The position numbers were made by a program, and so were the translations under genes. 32,240 bases of DNA. Source: Nevskiales bacterium. GTDB lineage: Bacteria; Pseudomonadota; Gammaproteobacteria; Nevskiales; CAJXLF01. Under the pieces are notes generated by a model. It ran no database searches. It had not been told where the DNA came from and was given only the letters and a program-made list of their open reading frames with translations. Positions within the stretch are counted from its first letter, which is position 1. The number at the start of each line of letters is the position of its first letter. The stretch lies in assembly GCA_041630955.1 (NCBI GenBank), contig JBFKKS010000002.1:1-32240 (forward strand), in the 5' to 3' direction. Shown here in pieces: positions 10,346 to 22,411 of the stretch.

Positions 10346-11125
10346 ATGTTTCGGCTAGTATTATTGCTGCTGATTCTGATGGTCACTGCCTGTGGGCAAC
10401 GCTCGCAGACAGAGATGTCAAAGACCTTGCGCGTAGCTGTGGCGGCCAATTTTGCACCCACGCTCAACAAGCTTGTCGACGCCTATTCCAAAGAGCACCC
10501 GTTACGTATACAGCCGCTCATTGCATCAACTGGCATGCTCTATGCCCAGATTGAGGTCGGCGCACCCTTTGACCTGTTCTTTGCCGCGGATGCAGCGCGT
10601 CCCGACAAACTGGTTCAGACAGGCAAGGCGCATGGGCCGGCGCATGCTTACGCACTGGGCAAGCTTGTCTTGTGGGCGCCTCGAACGGGGTTTAAGCCTG
10701 CGCTCAAACGTTTGCGGGAAGGGGAGTTTAATCATTTGGCTATTGCCAACCCGGATTTGGCACCCTTTGGTGTAGCGGCGAGCGAGGTCCTACGCCGCTT
10801 GTCCGTGGTTAACGCTGTGCGGCCCAAGATTGTTCGCGGTGAAAATGTCAGTCAGGTCTATCAGTATGTTAATAGCGGTCGCGCCGATATGGGTTTCGTG
10901 GCCCTTTCCCAGGTGCTTCAACACGAGGACGACTTGCACCCTGAAGTGATGTGGCATGTGCCTGACAGAATGCATGCGCCCATCCTTCAAAAGGCGGTTG
11001 TCGTAAAAGGCGAATTGCAGGAGGAGGCAAAGGCCTTTCTGGATTTCTGTCTGTCTAAACAAGGGCGCTTGATCATCAGGACGGCCGGTTACGACCTGCC
11101 GGAAGTGGATTTTGTTGATTACTGA
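10346..11125 (+). CDS. modA: Molybdate ABC transporter substrate-binding protein (lipoprotein)
   Basis: It has a signal peptide with lipobox LMVTAC and ModA-like core blocks (RVAVAANF, ASTGMLYAQIEVGAPFDLFFAAD, IANPDLAPFG). It is followed by modB and modC. The ATG at 10346 is preferred over the track's 10319 start, which lies inside the upstream gene. Confidence 0.9.
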   Translation: MFRLVLLLLILMVTACGQRSQTEMSKTLRVAVAANFAPTLNKLVDAYSKEHPLRIQPLIASTGMLYAQIEVGAPFDLFFAADAARPDKLVQTGKAHGPAHAYALGKLVLWAPRTGFKPALKRLREGEFNHLAIANPDLAPFGVAASEVLRRLSVVNAVRPKIVRGENVSQVYQYVNSGRADMGFVALSQVLQHEDDLHPEVMWHVPDRMHAPILQKAVVVKGELQEEAKAFLDFCLSKQGRLIIRTAGYDLPEVDFVDY

Positions 11126-11152
11126 CTTCCCCTTGTGTAGCTGGGCAGGGAA

Positions 11153-11827
11153 TTGAGTGTGCTGCAACCCGATGACCTGATCGCGCTTTGGGTAACCCTG
11201 AAACTGGCGTTGGTGAGTACATTTATCCTGATGCTGGTTGGCATGCCGGTTGCCTGGTGGTTGGCTCAGGGTCGTTCACCCATCCGTAGCCTGGTGCAGG
11301 TTGTTGTTGCACTGCCGTTGGTGTTGCCGCCAACCGTACTGGGTTTTTACCTGTTGCTTTCGCTTGGTCCGCTGGGTCTGGCCTTCAGCTTTACAGGACT
11401 GGTAATCGGATCGGTGCTGTACTCCATGCCGTTTGTCGTGCAACCACTGCATGATTGCTTCGCCGGCCTGGATCGACGCACATTACAGGCCGCTGCAACC
11501 ATGCGAGCAGGCCCCTGGGACCGGTTCGTGAGCGTCGTGCTGCCCCTTTCAAGACGCACGCTCATTACGGCGGCGGCACTGGGGTTCGCGCACACGCTTG
11601 GCGAGTTCGGCGTAATCCTGATGCTGGGCGGCAATATCCCAGGGGAAACACGAGTATTGTCAGTCGCCATCTACGAACACGTGGAGACCATGCAATATGC
11701 GCGGGCCCATGGGTTGTCGGTAGTGCTGTTGATTGTTGCCGCCCTGATCCTTGGTTTTGTATACCGGTTGCAAGGCAGCTGGCGCGCAAACACCGGCATT
11801 TCTTACCAGTCCTCGGATCATGACTGA
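11153..11827 (+). CDS. modB: Molybdate ABC transporter permease
   Basis: 224 aa and polytopic. The EAA-type loop region is AAATMRAGPWDRFVSVVLPL, followed by TLGEFGVILMLGGNIPGETRVLSVAIY. The start codon is TTG at 11153 or GTG at 11159. Confidence 0.92.
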   Translation: MSVLQPDDLIALWVTLKLALVSTFILMLVGMPVAWWLAQGRSPIRSLVQVVVALPLVLPPTVLGFYLLLSLGPLGLAFSFTGLVIGSVLYSMPFVVQPLHDCFAGLDRRTLQAAATMRAGPWDRFVSVVLPLSRRTLITAAALGFAHTLGEFGVILMLGGNIPGETRVLSVAIYEHVETMQYARAHGLSVVLLIVAALILGFVYRLQGSWRANTGISYQSSDHD

Positions 11828-12896
11828 GCGGTTGACGTTTGACGTGACCCTGCGGCGCCCGGGCTTTAGCCTGCAGGCGAAGGCTGATCTTGCAACCAGT
11901 GAGGTGATCGGGATCATCGGCCCATCCGGGGCTGGCAAGAGCAGTTTGATGCGCTGCCTTGCCGGCCTGGAACCAGCCTGCAGAGGGCGCATTGATCTGC
12001 AGGGCGAGTGCTGGCTTGATACGCGTCGCTCGATCAGGCTGCCTGCTGAAAAACGTGGGGTGGGCATGGTTTTTCAACAGCCCAGCCTGTTTACTCACCT
12101 GAGCGTGGCCGCGAACCTGGATTACGCCTGGCAGCGAACGCCTTTGAACGAGCGGCGGATTACACCGGCGGCAGCGGCGGGGCAGTTGAGGATCACGCCC
12201 TTGCTGGACCGCATGCCCACGACCCTGTCCGGCGGTGAGGCGCAACGTGTGGCTATCGCCAGGGCACTGGTGTCGAATCCACGCCTGCTGATGCTTGACG
12301 AGCCGCTGGCTGCAGTGGACACCGCAGGTCGTCGAGAAGTCATGCAATGTCTTGAACAGTTGCGAGGCCAGCATGACCTGGCCATGCTCTATGTCAGCCA
12401 CGCACTAGACGAGGTGGCGAGGATGGCTGACAGGCTTTTGTTGATGGAGGCGGGGCAAATCGTGGCAGAGGGCCCGGTCGCGGAAATGCTGACCCGCCTC
12501 GATCTTCCATTGGCCCGGGAGCCTGATGCCGAGGCACTGCTCGAGGGGCATGTCACAGGTCACGACGAGGCAGAGAAGACAACCCTGGTTAACGGCCCGT
12601 TTGGCGATATTATTCTTTCAAAGCAGTCTGTTGAGGTTGGCTCGCTGTTGCGGCTTCGCATTCGGGCGCGGGATGTGAGTGTTGCCCTGAGTCATGCCTC
12701 GGACAGCAGTATTCAGAATATTCTGCCTGCAAATGTCACCGAAATTGTCGAGACCCTGCCGGGACAGTGTATGCTGCGCTTGGATGTGGCAGGGCAAGTG
12801 CTATTGGCCCGGATTACGCGGCGCTCAGTTTGGCATTTGAAACTGCAACCCGGCACGGCAGTGTATGCCCAGATCAAATCGGTAGCGCTGGCCTAG
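11820..12896 (+). CDS. modC: Molybdate ABC transporter ATP-binding protein with C-terminal TOBE/Mop-like domain
   Basis: Walker A is GPSGAGKSS, the signature motif is LSGGEAQRV and Walker B is LLMLDEP. The C-terminus (LRLRIRARDVSVAL...VYAQIKSVAL) looks like a TOBE domain. The ATG at 11820 overlaps the modB stop (ATGACTGA). The track's 11751 start is an upstream extension inside modB. Confidence 0.92.
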   Translation: MTERLTFDVTLRRPGFSLQAKADLATSEVIGIIGPSGAGKSSLMRCLAGLEPACRGRIDLQGECWLDTRRSIRLPAEKRGVGMVFQQPSLFTHLSVAANLDYAWQRTPLNERRITPAAAAGQLRITPLLDRMPTTLSGGEAQRVAIARALVSNPRLLMLDEPLAAVDTAGRREVMQCLEQLRGQHDLAMLYVSHALDEVARMADRLLLMEAGQIVAEGPVAEMLTRLDLPLAREPDAEALLEGHVTGHDEAEKTTLVNGPFGDIILSKQSVEVGSLLRLRIRARDVSVALSHASDSSIQNILPANVTEIVETLPGQCMLRLDVAGQVLLARITRRSVWHLKLQPGTAVYAQIKSVALA

Positions 12897-12912
12897 ATTT
12901 CTCAGCTTGTTG

Positions 12913-12941
12913 TTGACCAGCAGCCTGTGTATCAGTACAAT
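12913..12941 (+). promoter_or_regulatory. Candidate sigma70 promoter for rplU-rpmA(-obg-proB): TTGACC-17 nt-TACAAT
   Basis: The -35 TTGACC is at 12913-12918, followed by a 17-nt spacer and the -10 TACAAT at 12936-12941. It lies about 65 nt upstream of the rplU ATG, in the modC-rplU gap. Confidence 0.55.
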
Positions 12942-13006
12942 TCCGCGCCTATTTCATAGAAGGCGTCGCACTCGCGGCGCCTGTGTTTTTTTGGAGAAGA
13001 GTGATC

Positions 13007-13321
13007 ATGCAGGCCGTGATTAAAACCGGTGGTAAGCAGTACCGCGTCAGCGAGGGAGATGTCCTGCGCGTGGAGAAGCTGGACGCCGAGGCAGGGTCAA
13101 CCCTGGAGTTGAACGAAGTTCTGCTGGTCAGCGATGGTGATACCGTTAAGATAGGTGCGCCTTACGTGGATGGCGGCAAGGTGACGGCTGAAGTCGCCGG
13201 GCACGGGCGTGGTGATAAGGTCATGATCATCAAGTTCAAGCGTCGCCAGAAGTACCACCGTACCCAGGGCCATCGCCAGGATTACACCGAACTTAAAATC
13301 ACAGGTATCAGCGCCAGCTAG
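13007..13321 (+). CDS. rplU: 50S ribosomal protein L21
   Basis: [18 protein letters not shown]... is a canonical L21 N-terminus. A GGAGAAGAG SD lies upstream. The track's 12983 start adds 8 non-conserved residues. Confidence 0.96.
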   Translation: MQAVIKTGGKQYRVSEGDVLRVEKLDAEAGSTLELNEVLLVSDGDTVKIGAPYVDGGKVTAEVAGHGRGDKVMIIKFKRRQKYHRTQGHRQDYTELKITGISAS

Positions 13322-13358
13322 TCTGGTTGACTGATCTCAGCAAAAAAGGATTACCTAG

Positions 13359-13616
13359 ATGGCACATAAAAAGGCCGGCGGCAGTTCCAAGAACGGTCGC
13401 GATTCAGAGTCAAAACGACTGGGCGTAAAGCGCTTCGGCGGTGAGACTGTACGCCCTGGCAATATTATCATTCGTCAGCGTGGCACCCATTTCCATGCCG
13501 GTGACAATGTCGGACTGGGCAAGGATCATACGATCTTTGCCAAGGCAGACGGGCAGGTGCGCTTCGATGTGAAAGGTCCGCGTAATCGCACTTTTGTGAG
13601 CGTGATAGCCGAATAG
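13359..13616 (+). CDS. rpmA: 50S ribosomal protein L27
   Basis: [24 protein letters not shown]... is a canonical L27 sequence of 85 aa. An AAGGA SD lies upstream. Confidence 0.97.
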   Translation: MAHKKAGGSSKNGRDSESKRLGVKRFGGETVRPGNIIIRQRGTHFHAGDNVGLGKDHTIFAKADGQVRFDVKGPRNRTFVSVIAE

Positions 13617-14792
<1,176 letters not shown>

Positions 14793-14794
14793 GC

Positions 14795-15934
14795 ATGTCA
14801 GCAGCCAAAGCAATACACACTGAGATCGCCGCTACCCGGCGCTGGGTGGTCAAGATTGGCAGTTCCCTGATTACCGCAGAGGGACGTGGGCTTGAACAGG
14901 CCCATATGGATGGGTGGGTATCCCAGATAGCGGCGCTGCGTGCTCGTGGACACCAGGTGGTGCTGGTGTCCTCCGGTGCGGTGGCAGAGGGCATGGTGCG
15001 CCTCGGCTGGAAGCAGCGCCCTGGCACCGTGCACGAGCTGCAGGCGGCAGCTGCAGTTGGCCAGATGGGCCTGATCCAGGCATGGGAGAGCCGCTTTCGT
15101 CATCACGACCTGCATACAGCCCAGATTCTGCTTACCCATGAAGATGTGCGCGATCGTCGCCGTTACCTGAATGCGCGTAGTACGTTGATGGCATTGCTCG
15201 AGCTGGGCATCGTGCCCGTCGTGAATGAAAACGATACCGTCGCTACTGACGAAATCCGGCTGGGAGATAACGATACGCTGGCTGCGTTGACGGCGAACCT
15301 GATTGAGGCGGATTTGCTGGTGCTGCTGACCGATCAGGCAGGCATGTATAACAAGGACCCTCGTGGGCATCCTGATGCCAGGTTGATCGAGGATGCGCGT
15401 GCAGACGATGAAGCGCTGCAAAAGATGGCCGGAGGCAGTGCCGGTGCATTAGGGCGGGGCGGGATGCGCACCAAGGTGACCGCGGCAGAATGGGCCGCCC
15501 AGTCAGGCGCGCATACCATCATCACCGATGGGCGTGAGAAAGACGTGATGCTGCGGATTGCGTCCGGTGAGGCCGTGGGTACGCTCCTGAGGCCAGGCAG
15601 GCGCCGTCTGGCTGCACGTAAGCGCTGGATAGCTGGGCTGGCCAGGCCGCGTGGTAGTTTGACCATTGACGCGGGAGCGGCCAGTGCTCTCCGCCAGGGA
15701 GGGCGTAGCCTCTTACCCGTTGGTGTGACAGCCGCTGAAGGGGACTTCAAACGCGGTGACCTGGTTCTGTGTGTTGATCCGGCAGGGGCGGAGGTTGCGC
15801 GCGGTCTGGTGAACTACGATTTGCGTGAGGCGCAGCAATTACTCGGTCAGGCAAGTGATGCTGTTGTGGAAATCCTGGGCTACCCCGGTGATGCCGAACT
15901 GGTGCACCGGGATAACCTGGTGCTGTCGGAATAA
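14795..15934 (+). CDS. proB: Glutamate 5-kinase (with PUA domain)
   Basis: The amino-acid kinase fold shows [18 protein letters not shown] and [21 protein letters not shown]. The C-terminus has a PUA-like region (GDLVLCVD...ARGLVNY). The ATG at 14795 sits 2 nt after the obg stop. Confidence 0.95.
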   Translation: MSAAKAIHTEIAATRRWVVKIGSSLITAEGRGLEQAHMDGWVSQIAALRARGHQVVLVSSGAVAEGMVRLGWKQRPGTVHELQAAAAVGQMGLIQAWESRFRHHDLHTAQILLTHEDVRDRRRYLNARSTLMALLELGIVPVVNENDTVATDEIRLGDNDTLAALTANLIEADLLVLLTDQAGMYNKDPRGHPDARLIEDARADDEALQKMAGGSAGALGRGGMRTKVTAAEWAAQSGAHTIITDGREKDVMLRIASGEAVGTLLRPGRRRLAARKRWIAGLARPRGSLTIDAGAASALRQGGRSLLPVGVTAAEGDFKRGDLVLCVDPAGAEVARGLVNYDLREAQQLLGQASDAVVEILGYPGDAELVHRDNLVLSE

Positions 15935-15955
15935 GCTGTTGATGGAAACGGTAAT

Positions 15956-15984
15956 AAAAAAACCCGCCTTCAGGCGGGTTTTTT
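15956..15984. terminator. Bidirectional rho-independent terminator shared by proB (+) and rpsT (-)
   Basis: The sequence is AAAAAAA-CCCGCC-ttca-GGCGGG-TTTTTT. The perfect GC stem is flanked by an A-run and a T-run, between convergent genes. Confidence 0.85.
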
Positions 15985-16000
15985 ATAGGCGGCCTATGGG

Positions 16001-16264
16001 TTAAGCCATTGCCTTTATTTGGGCATTCAGACGGCTCTTGTGCCGTGCAGCCTTATTGGCATGAATGATTTTTTTGTCTGCCATGATGTCGAGCTTGCGG
16101 ACAGCCGTCTTGTAGGCGTCGGCAGCCGCTTCCTTCTCGCCTGCGCTGATGGCATTAACTACTTTCTTTACGGCTGTACGCATTTCAGAGCGCTGAGCCA
16201 TGTTGTGCTGACGACGGTCTTCTGCCTGACGGGCACGTTTTTTAGCCTGGGGTGAATTCGCCAC
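16001..16264 (-). CDS. rpsT: 30S ribosomal protein S20
   Basis: These are the last 87 aa of the track ORF 16001..16663 and read (V)[20 protein letters not shown]...[13 protein letters not shown]. The start is GTG at 16264, with an AGGAG SD just upstream on the minus strand. Confidence 0.93.
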   Translation of the reverse strand: MANSPQAKKRARQAEDRRQHNMAQRSEMRTAVKKVVNAISAGEKEAAADAYKTAVRKLDIMADKKIIHANKAARHKSRLNAQIKAMA

Positions 16265-16315
16265 GGCGACTCCTGAATCGGGTTTCGTCCTTCGAGAGGA
16301 CACTAGAGGGCGCGT

Positions 16316-16344
16316 ATTTTGTTGATCCGGGGCCCATTTGTCAA
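16316..16344 (-). promoter_or_regulatory. Candidate sigma70 promoter for rpsT: TTGACA-17 nt-CAAAAT (minus strand)
   Basis: On the minus strand a perfect -35 TTGACA lies at 16344-16339. A 17-nt spacer follows, then the -10 CAAAAT at 16321-16316, about 50 nt upstream of the rpsT GTG. Confidence 0.4.
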
Positions 16345-16426
16345 TGCCAAGCCGGCTTTTTGTCACTGGTTTTTGGACTATTAGGTACGGTTGATTAATG
16401 TATGATGCCGCGAGTTGAGGATCTCT

Positions 16427-17986
16427 ATGCCAAAAACCCTGATTCGTTCCACCATCGTTGTTAGCGCAATGACCCTGATTTCCAGGGTTATGGGGCTGTT
16501 GCGCGACGTGCTGTTTGCCACCCTGTTTGCGGCCAGTGCCGGCATGGACGCTTTTCTGGTTGCCTTCAAGATTCCTAATTTCGGACGTCGCCTGTTCGCG
16601 GAAGGAGCTTTCTCGCAGGCTTTTGTTCCCGTGTTTACAGAGACAAAAACACAACAGGAACAAGAGGTTAAAGAGCTGGTGGACGTGGTTGCCGGCACTC
16701 TGGGTGGAGTATTGCTGCTGATTACCGTGGTGGGTGTACTGGCCGCTCCGGTTTTTATCATGATCTTCGCGCCAGGGTTTCTGGACGATCCGGAGAAGTT
16801 CGCGCTCAGTAGCGACATGCTGCGCATTACCTTTCCCTATCTGCTGTTTATTTCACTGACCGCCTTCGCTGGGGGTGTACTGAATAGCTATGGGCGCTTT
16901 GCTGTACCCGCGGTGACGCCGGTCTTGTTGAACATCAGTCTGATCAGCGCTGCGGTCTGGTTCGCGCCGCAATTTGAGCAACCAGTGATGGCACTTGCGC
17001 TGGGTGTGTTTGTTGCCGGTATTGCGCAACTGGCCCTGCAGGTGCCCTTCATGGCGAGGTTGGGCCTGCTGCCAAGACCACGCTGGGGCTGGCAGCACAG
17101 CAAGGTCAAGCGCATCCTCAAGTTGATGTTGCCAGTTCTGTTTGGTTCATCCGTCGCCCAGATCAATCTGCTACTGGATATGGTGGTCGCCTCGTTCCTG
17201 GTAACGGGCAGTGTGAGCTGGCTGTACTACTCGGATCGACTGATGGAATTTCCATTGGGCGTATTCAGTATTGCGCTGGCCACCGTGATATTGCCGAGTT
17301 TGTCCGCAAGGCATGCCGAGGCCTCCAGCGACGCATTCAGCCACACGCTGGACTGGGCCCTGCGTATGCTTATTGTGATCGGGGCACCCGCAATGGTCGG
17401 CCTGTTTGTGTTGGCTGGCCCACTTTTGGCCACATTGTTTCACTACAACGCGTTTACGGATCAGGATGTACTGATGAGTCGCTACAGCCTGATGGCCTAT
17501 GCACTGGGCTTTATGGGCTTTTCGCTTGTGAAAGTGCTGCTGCCCGGGTTCTATTCGCGGCAGGATACCCGCACGCCTGTTCGATTTGGCGTTATTGCCC
17601 TGTTGGTGAACATGGTTCTAAACGTGAGTTTCGTATTGGCCATTATTGCGCTGGATGGGCCTGCCCCGCATGCGGGTTTGGCATTGGCGACATCGCTGGG
17701 CGCATTCGTCAATGCAGGGTTGCTCTTCAGGCGCTTGCGGGCGGATCTTATCTATCGCCCCACACCTGGCTGGCTGAAGCTTGCTGCCAAGGTATTGATT
17801 GCGAACATAACGATGGCACTGGTTCTGTACGGAATTGCGGGAGACCTGCAGCATTGGTTGGATATGGGCATGTGGGAACGGATTCGGCTTCTCTTGCTGC
17901 TCCTGGTATCGGGGGCAGGCAGCTATTTCTTGGTGCTGTTCCTGTTTGGCTTGCGTCCCGGGCAGTTCCACGCTCCAGGCCATTAA
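16427..17986 (+). CDS. murJ: Lipid II flippase MurJ (MviN)
   Basis: About 519 aa and polytopic, in the MOP/MviN family. N-terminal motifs are [19 protein letters not shown] and [11 protein letters not shown]. The ATG at 16427 has a GAGG SD. It is divergent from rpsT, as in Pseudomonas. Confidence 0.93.
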   Translation: MPKTLIRSTIVVSAMTLISRVMGLLRDVLFATLFAASAGMDAFLVAFKIPNFGRRLFAEGAFSQAFVPVFTETKTQQEQEVKELVDVVAGTLGGVLLLITVVGVLAAPVFIMIFAPGFLDDPEKFALSSDMLRITFPYLLFISLTAFAGGVLNSYGRFAVPAVTPVLLNISLISAAVWFAPQFEQPVMALALGVFVAGIAQLALQVPFMARLGLLPRPRWGWQHSKVKRILKLMLPVLFGSSVAQINLLLDMVVASFLVTGSVSWLYYSDRLMEFPLGVFSIALATVILPSLSARHAEASSDAFSHTLDWALRMLIVIGAPAMVGLFVLAGPLLATLFHYNAFTDQDVLMSRYSLMAYALGFMGFSLVKVLLPGFYSRQDTRTPVRFGVIALLVNMVLNVSFVLAIIALDGPAPHAGLALATSLGAFVNAGLLFRRLRADLIYRPTPGWLKLAAKVLIANITMALVLYGIAGDLQHWLDMGMWERIRLLLLLLVSGAGSYFLVLFLFGLRPGQFHAPGH

Positions 17987-18012
17987 TCAATTGAGTCAAC
18001 GGTAGCCTTGCT

Positions 18013-18041
18013 GCGCCGGTATAATCGGCGCTTAATTTTTT
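18013..18041 (+). terminator. Hairpin plus T-rich tail after murJ (possible terminator; loop contains TATAAT)
   Basis: The sequence is GCGCCG-gtataat-CGGCGC followed by ttaatttttt. The loop and stem edge contain TATAAT (18020-18025), which could alternatively be a -10 for ribF, but no well-spaced -35 was found. Confidence 0.45.
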
Positions 18042-18060
18042 CGTTTGGCGAATCTCCCGC

Positions 18061-19020
18061 ATGGAAGTTATCCGCGGCTTGCACAATTTGCGTCCCGAGC
18101 ATCGCGGTTGCGTCATGACGATCGGCAATTACGACGGTGTGCATCGCGGTCACCAGGCAGTGCTGGAAGGTCTGCACGCCGAGGCCCAACGCCGAGATTT
18201 ACCGGTACTGGTGACGCTGTTTGAGCCCACCCCACGTGAATTCTTTGATCCTGAAGGTGCGCCTGCCCGCCTGGCCAGCCTGCGGGAAAAGCTGGAAGAC
18301 CTGCAGGGCTTTGGGGTTGATCGGGTGCTATGCCTGCCGTTCAATAGCCGACTTGCGAGTCTCAGTGCCGAGCAGTTTGTGCAGGATGTGATCGTGGACG
18401 GGGTGGCCGCCAGCTATGTCGCCATTGGCGATGATTTTCGTTTCGGGAGCAAGCGCAGCGGCGACTATGCCCTGTTACAGACGCTGGGCGATCTGCACGG
18501 CTTTGTTGTCAGCCAGCACGACAGCGTGATGGAGGGTGGCATTCGGGTTAGCAGCACCTGTATTCGTGAAAGATTGGCAGCAGGCCAGCCTGAAAAGGCA
18601 GCAGTAATGCTGGGGCGGCCTTACCGTATTTCAGGCCGTGTACAGCTGGGCAGGCAGCTAGGCCGAACCCTGGGTGTTCCCACTGCAAATCTGGCACTGG
18701 GTCGACATAAAAGTCGCAAGCCTGCGCCCCGTCTGGGGGTGTATGCAATCACCGTGGACGGGCTTGAAAGGCCAGCCATTGCGGGCGTTGCCAATTTGGG
18801 GGTGCGACCGACAGTCTCGGGTGAGAATTGCCTGCTTGAGGCGCATCTGTTCGATTACGCTGCCGATCTCTATGGGCGACGTTTATCGGTATCATTGCAG
18901 CATTTTTTGCGCGATGAACAAAAATTTGACTCATTGGCTGAACTTCGAACAGCCATGCAACAGGATATGTCGCAGGCACGTGCCTGGTTCGCGTCTGTAA
19001 ACAACAGCGAGATTGATTGA
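18061..19020 (+). CDS. ribF: Bifunctional riboflavin kinase / FMN adenylyltransferase
   Basis: 319 aa. The FMNAT N-domain has [13 protein letters not shown]. The riboflavin kinase C-domain has GVPTANL and LEAHLFDY. Confidence 0.95.
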   Translation: MEVIRGLHNLRPEHRGCVMTIGNYDGVHRGHQAVLEGLHAEAQRRDLPVLVTLFEPTPREFFDPEGAPARLASLREKLEDLQGFGVDRVLCLPFNSRLASLSAEQFVQDVIVDGVAASYVAIGDDFRFGSKRSGDYALLQTLGDLHGFVVSQHDSVMEGGIRVSSTCIRERLAAGQPEKAAVMLGRPYRISGRVQLGRQLGRTLGVPTANLALGRHKSRKPAPRLGVYAITVDGLERPAIAGVANLGVRPTVSGENCLLEAHLFDYAADLYGRRLSVSLQHFLRDEQKFDSLAELRTAMQQDMSQARAWFASVNNSEID

Positions 19021-19021
19021 A

Positions 19022-21817
19022 GTGAGCGACTACAAGGATACCCTCAACCTGCCCAGCACTGATTTTCCGATGAAGGCGAATCTGGCGCAGCGTGAGCCGG
19101 ACATGATCAAGCGCTGGGATGCGCTGGGTCTGTATGAGCGCATGTGTGAGCTGGGCGAGGGTCGCAAGCGTTTCGTTTTGATGGACGGGCCACCGTATGC
19201 CAATGGCGACATCCACATCGGGCATGCTGTCAATAAGGTTTTGAAGGATATCGTAGTCAAGTCGCAGCGCCTCAATGGCTTGGACGCGCCCTATGTGCCG
19301 GGTTGGGACTGCCATGGGTTACCGATTGAACTCATGGTTGAGAAAAAGGTTGGCAAGGTTGGGCAGAAGGTTGACGCGGCAGCCTTTCGAAAGGCATGTC
19401 GCGAGTACGCCAGCAAGCAAGTGTCACGGCAACGCGAGGATTTCCTGAGGCTGGGGGTGATTGGTGATTGGAATAACCCTTATCTGACGATGAATGCCGA
19501 CTTCGAGGCTGCGCAGGTTCGTGCTTTGGCCCGGATCGTGGAACGTGGCCATGTGCAGCGCGGCTTCAAACCGGTGCACTGGTGCATCGACTGTGGGTCC
19601 TCGCTGGCCGAGGCAGAAGTGGAATACCAGGATAAGAGTTCACCTGCGATCGATGTGCGTTTTGCTGTGGTGAACCCGGACGCACTGCCGGCGGACCTGT
19701 CAGCAGGCGAGGGCAAAGTGAGTGTGGTTATCTGGACCACTACGCCATGGACCCTGCCCGCCAACCGGGCGGTAGCGGTGCACAGCGAGCTGGATTATGC
19801 GTTGGTGCAGGCAGGCGCCGAGTGCCTGATTGTGGCGGCCGAGCTGGTTGATGATGTGATGCAGCGGGCGGCTGTGGATGATCACCGCGTTATAGGGACT
19901 GCCAAAGGCGCCGAATTGATCGGGCTGAAGCTTCAACATCCTTTCTACGACCGGCAGGTGCCGTTGCTGCATGGTGATCATGTCAGCCTGGAAGCAGGTA
20001 CCGGCCTGGTTCATATTGCCCCGGCACACGGGCAGGAGGACTATCAGGTCGGACTGGCCAATGACCTGCCTATGGACAATCCGGTTGGCAGTAACGGTTG
20101 TTATCTACCGGACACCGAACTGTTTGCGGGCGAGCATGTATGGCCGGCTAATATACTGGTGGTAGAGGCGCTGGAAGAAAGAGATGGGCTGCTGGCAATG
20201 GCCAACCTCAGTCATAGCTACCCCCATTGCTGGCGGCACAAGACGCCGCTTATTTTCCGGGCCACGCCACAGTGGTTCATCGCCATGGACAAGGCAGGGT
20301 TGCGAGACAAGGCTGTCGAGGAAATCGGCCAGGTCGCCTGGACACCCGCATGGGGTGAAAACCGCATACGTGAAATGGTGGCCGGGCGTCCGGACTGGTG
20401 CATCTCGCGCCAACGTAGCTGGGGTGTGCCGATTGCGGTCTTTGTCGACAAGCAGGAACAGGAACTGCACCCCGACACGCCACGCCTGATGCGTGAAGTC
20501 GCCGATCGCATAGAAGCTGAAGGCCTGGAGGCCTGGTTCGACCTTGATCCTGCCGAATTACTGGGCGACCAGGCAGGCCAGTACGACAAGGTCACCGATA
20601 TCCTGGACGTCTGGTTCGACTCTGGGGTAGTCCATGCCTGCGTGCCGCCGAGTCACCCGGCAGTACAAACGGGTGGCCCGGCAGACCTGTATCTGGAAGG
20701 CTCAGATCAGCACCGCGGCTGGTTCCAGTCATCGCTGCTGACCTCGGTCGCCATGCATGAGCGCGCACCGTACAAGGCGGTGCTGACACATGGCTTCACG
20801 GTGGATGAGCAGGGACGCAAGATGTCCAAGTCGCAGGGCAACGTGGTGGCCCCGCAATCGGTGGTCAAACAGATGGGCGCGGATGTGTTGCGCCTGTGGG
20901 TAGCGGCCTCGGACTACCGCGGTGAGATCGCTGTTTCTGATGAGCTCCTGAAACGCACCGCCGATGCCTACCGGCGTATTCGTAATACCCTGCGCTTCAT
21001 GCTCGGCAATCTCCATGGGTTTGATCCTGCCCAGCATCGTGTGACTGACGAAGACATGCTGGCACTGGATCGTTGGGTTGTGGGTCGCGCGGCTGAAATG
21101 CAGGGCGAAATACAGTCGGCCTATGACCACTTCGAGTTTCACCGGGTCTACCAGAAGCTGCACAATTTCTGTGTGGTGGATCTGGGTGGCTTCTACCTCG
21201 ACGTCATCAAGGATCGCCTGTATACCACCCAGGCTGACAGTCTGGCGCGGCGATCCTCGCAAACCGCCATGTATGAGCTGGCGCATGCACTGGTGCGCTG
21301 GATTGCACCGGTGCTGAGTTTTACTGCTGACGAGGTATGGCAGTACCTGCCGGGGGCAGCCAGTGATTCAGTATTGCTGGAAACCTGGCATGGCCTGCCG
21401 CCGAGCAGGGAAAAGGAAGCCCTGGACTGGCCGGTTGTGATGACGGTGCGCGATGCCGTCAAGAAACAACTTGAGCTCTGCCGCAAGGAAGGCGTGATCG
21501 GTTCTTCATTGGATGCCGTGGTGGACCTGTACTGTGAGCCTGCTCTGCTGGAGGCCCTGGAAGGTCTGAAAGATGAGTTGCGCTTCGTACTGATTACCTC
21601 CGAGGCACGGGTGCATGCAGCCGAGGATCGCTCTGCCGATGTGGATGCGACAGAACTGCAGGGCCTGTCTCTGAAGGTACAGGCCAGCAGTAGCGACAAA
21701 TGCGTGCGTTGCTGGCATCGCCGTGCCGATGTGGGCAGCAATGCGCAACATCCGGAACTGTGCGGGCGTTGTATAGAAAACGTGGCAGGCAAAGGGGAGC
21801 AACGTGCCTATGCCTAG
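19022..21817 (+). CDS. ileS: Isoleucine--tRNA ligase
   Basis: The GTG at 19022 gives (M)[20 protein letters not shown]. It has the HIGH motif ([10 protein letters not shown]) and the KMSKS motif (RKMSKSQGN). The C-terminal Zn-finger reads CVRCWHRR...CGRC. Confidence 0.97.
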   Translation: MSDYKDTLNLPSTDFPMKANLAQREPDMIKRWDALGLYERMCELGEGRKRFVLMDGPPYANGDIHIGHAVNKVLKDIVVKSQRLNGLDAPYVPGWDCHGLPIELMVEKKVGKVGQKVDAAAFRKACREYASKQVSRQREDFLRLGVIGDWNNPYLTMNADFEAAQVRALARIVERGHVQRGFKPVHWCIDCGSSLAEAEVEYQDKSSPAIDVRFAVVNPDALPADLSAGEGKVSVVIWTTTPWTLPANRAVAVHSELDYALVQAGAECLIVAAELVDDVMQRAAVDDHRVIGTAKGAELIGLKLQHPFYDRQVPLLHGDHVSLEAGTGLVHIAPAHGQEDYQVGLANDLPMDNPVGSNGCYLPDTELFAGEHVWPANILVVEALEERDGLLAMANLSHSYPHCWRHKTPLIFRATPQWFIAMDKAGLRDKAVEEIGQVAWTPAWGENRIREMVAGRPDWCISRQRSWGVPIAVFVDKQEQELHPDTPRLMREVADRIEAEGLEAWFDLDPAELLGDQAGQYDKVTDILDVWFDSGVVHACVPPSHPAVQTGGPADLYLEGSDQHRGWFQSSLLTSVAMHERAPYKAVLTHGFTVDEQGRKMSKSQGNVVAPQSVVKQMGADVLRLWVAASDYRGEIAVSDELLKRTADAYRRIRNTLRFMLGNLHGFDPAQHRVTDEDMLALDRWVVGRAAEMQGEIQSAYDHFEFHRVYQKLHNFCVVDLGGFYLDVIKDRLYTTQADSLARRSSQTAMYELAHALVRWIAPVLSFTADEVWQYLPGAASDSVLLETWHGLPPSREKEALDWPVVMTVRDAVKKQLELCRKEGVIGSSLDAVVDLYCEPALLEALEGLKDELRFVLITSEARVHAAEDRSADVDATELQGLSLKVQASSSDKCVRCWHRRADVGSNAQHPELCGRCIENVAGKGEQRAYA

Positions 21818-21902
21818 TTCACAATCATCACAGGCCATCATTGCATGCAACGAGAAGCAGTTCGGGGATTGCCTCATCAACAAGCCAACCCGAGGGTAAT
21901 TT

Positions 21903-22391
21903 ATGCCTTTTGCTAATGAATACAAGAATGTCTACTGGCTTTGGCTGTCTATTGCAGTGATTGCGCTGGACCAGGTGACCAAGCAGCTGGTTGTCAACGG
22001 CATGGATCTTTACGAGGTCATACCGGTACTGCCATTTCTGAACCTGACGCGTATGCACAATACAGGCGCAGCGTTCAGCATTATGAGCGGCACTTCACCG
22101 TTGTTCTTTATCACGCTCGGATTGATCGTCAGCGTTGGTGTGCTGGTATGGCTTCGGCGGCATCCCAAGGGCGAGCCTGTAATGGCAGTGGCCCTGGTAC
22201 TGATACTGGGGGGCGCGCTGGGCAATGTGATCGATCGAGCAGCGCGAGGTCATGTGATTGATTTTATTGATTTCTATGTGGGTGCCTGGCACTGGCCGGC
22301 GTTTAACGTTGCGGATATGGCGATTGTGACTGGCGCGGGACTGCTGATCCTGGATATGTACCTGCAACGCCCCTCAAAAGCGCAGTCCTAG
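21903..22391 (+). CDS. lspA: Lipoprotein signal peptidase (signal peptidase II)
   Basis: 162 aa with 4 TM segments. Conserved blocks are NTGAAFS, GNVIDR and PAFNVADMAI. A GAGGG SD lies upstream. Confidence 0.95.
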   Translation: MPFANEYKNVYWLWLSIAVIALDQVTKQLVVNGMDLYEVIPVLPFLNLTRMHNTGAAFSIMSGTSPLFFITLGLIVSVGVLVWLRRHPKGEPVMAVALVLILGGALGNVIDRAARGHVIDFIDFYVGAWHWPAFNVADMAIVTGAGLLILDMYLQRPSKAQS

Positions 22392-22411
22392 TGGACTGCT
22401 AGACTACTGAT

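Noticed and set aside
11565-12401. 278-aa minus-strand ORF, plus similar long antisense ORFs at 436..744, 890..1264, 3781..4236, 4791..5405, 8743..9165, 13410..14066, 14798..15421, 18749..19315, 20729..21286, 21193..21792, 26201..26902 and 30347..30862
   Set aside because: Each lies entirely opposite a gene with unambiguous conserved motifs (modC, der, xseA, guaB, the MMPL exporter, obg, proB, ribF/ileS, pilY1). Their translations are Arg/Pro/Ala/Gly-rich low-complexity sequences, typical of shadow ORFs in moderately GC-rich DNA. None has a recognisable domain.
16373-16406. Sigma70 promoter for murJ (TATGAT at 16401-16406)
   Set aside because: The candidate -35 hexamers (TTGGAC, TTAGGT, TTGATT) lie at spacings of 22, 14 and 4 nt. 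None is compatible with a functional promoter.
16265-16663. N-terminal 133-aa extension of the rpsT ORF (track ORF 16001..16663, 220 aa)
   Set aside because: S20 is about 87 aa. A GTG with an AGGAG SD sits exactly at the conserved (M)[13 protein letters not shown]-terminus. The extension would run through the rpsT/murJ promoter region and overlap the murJ start.
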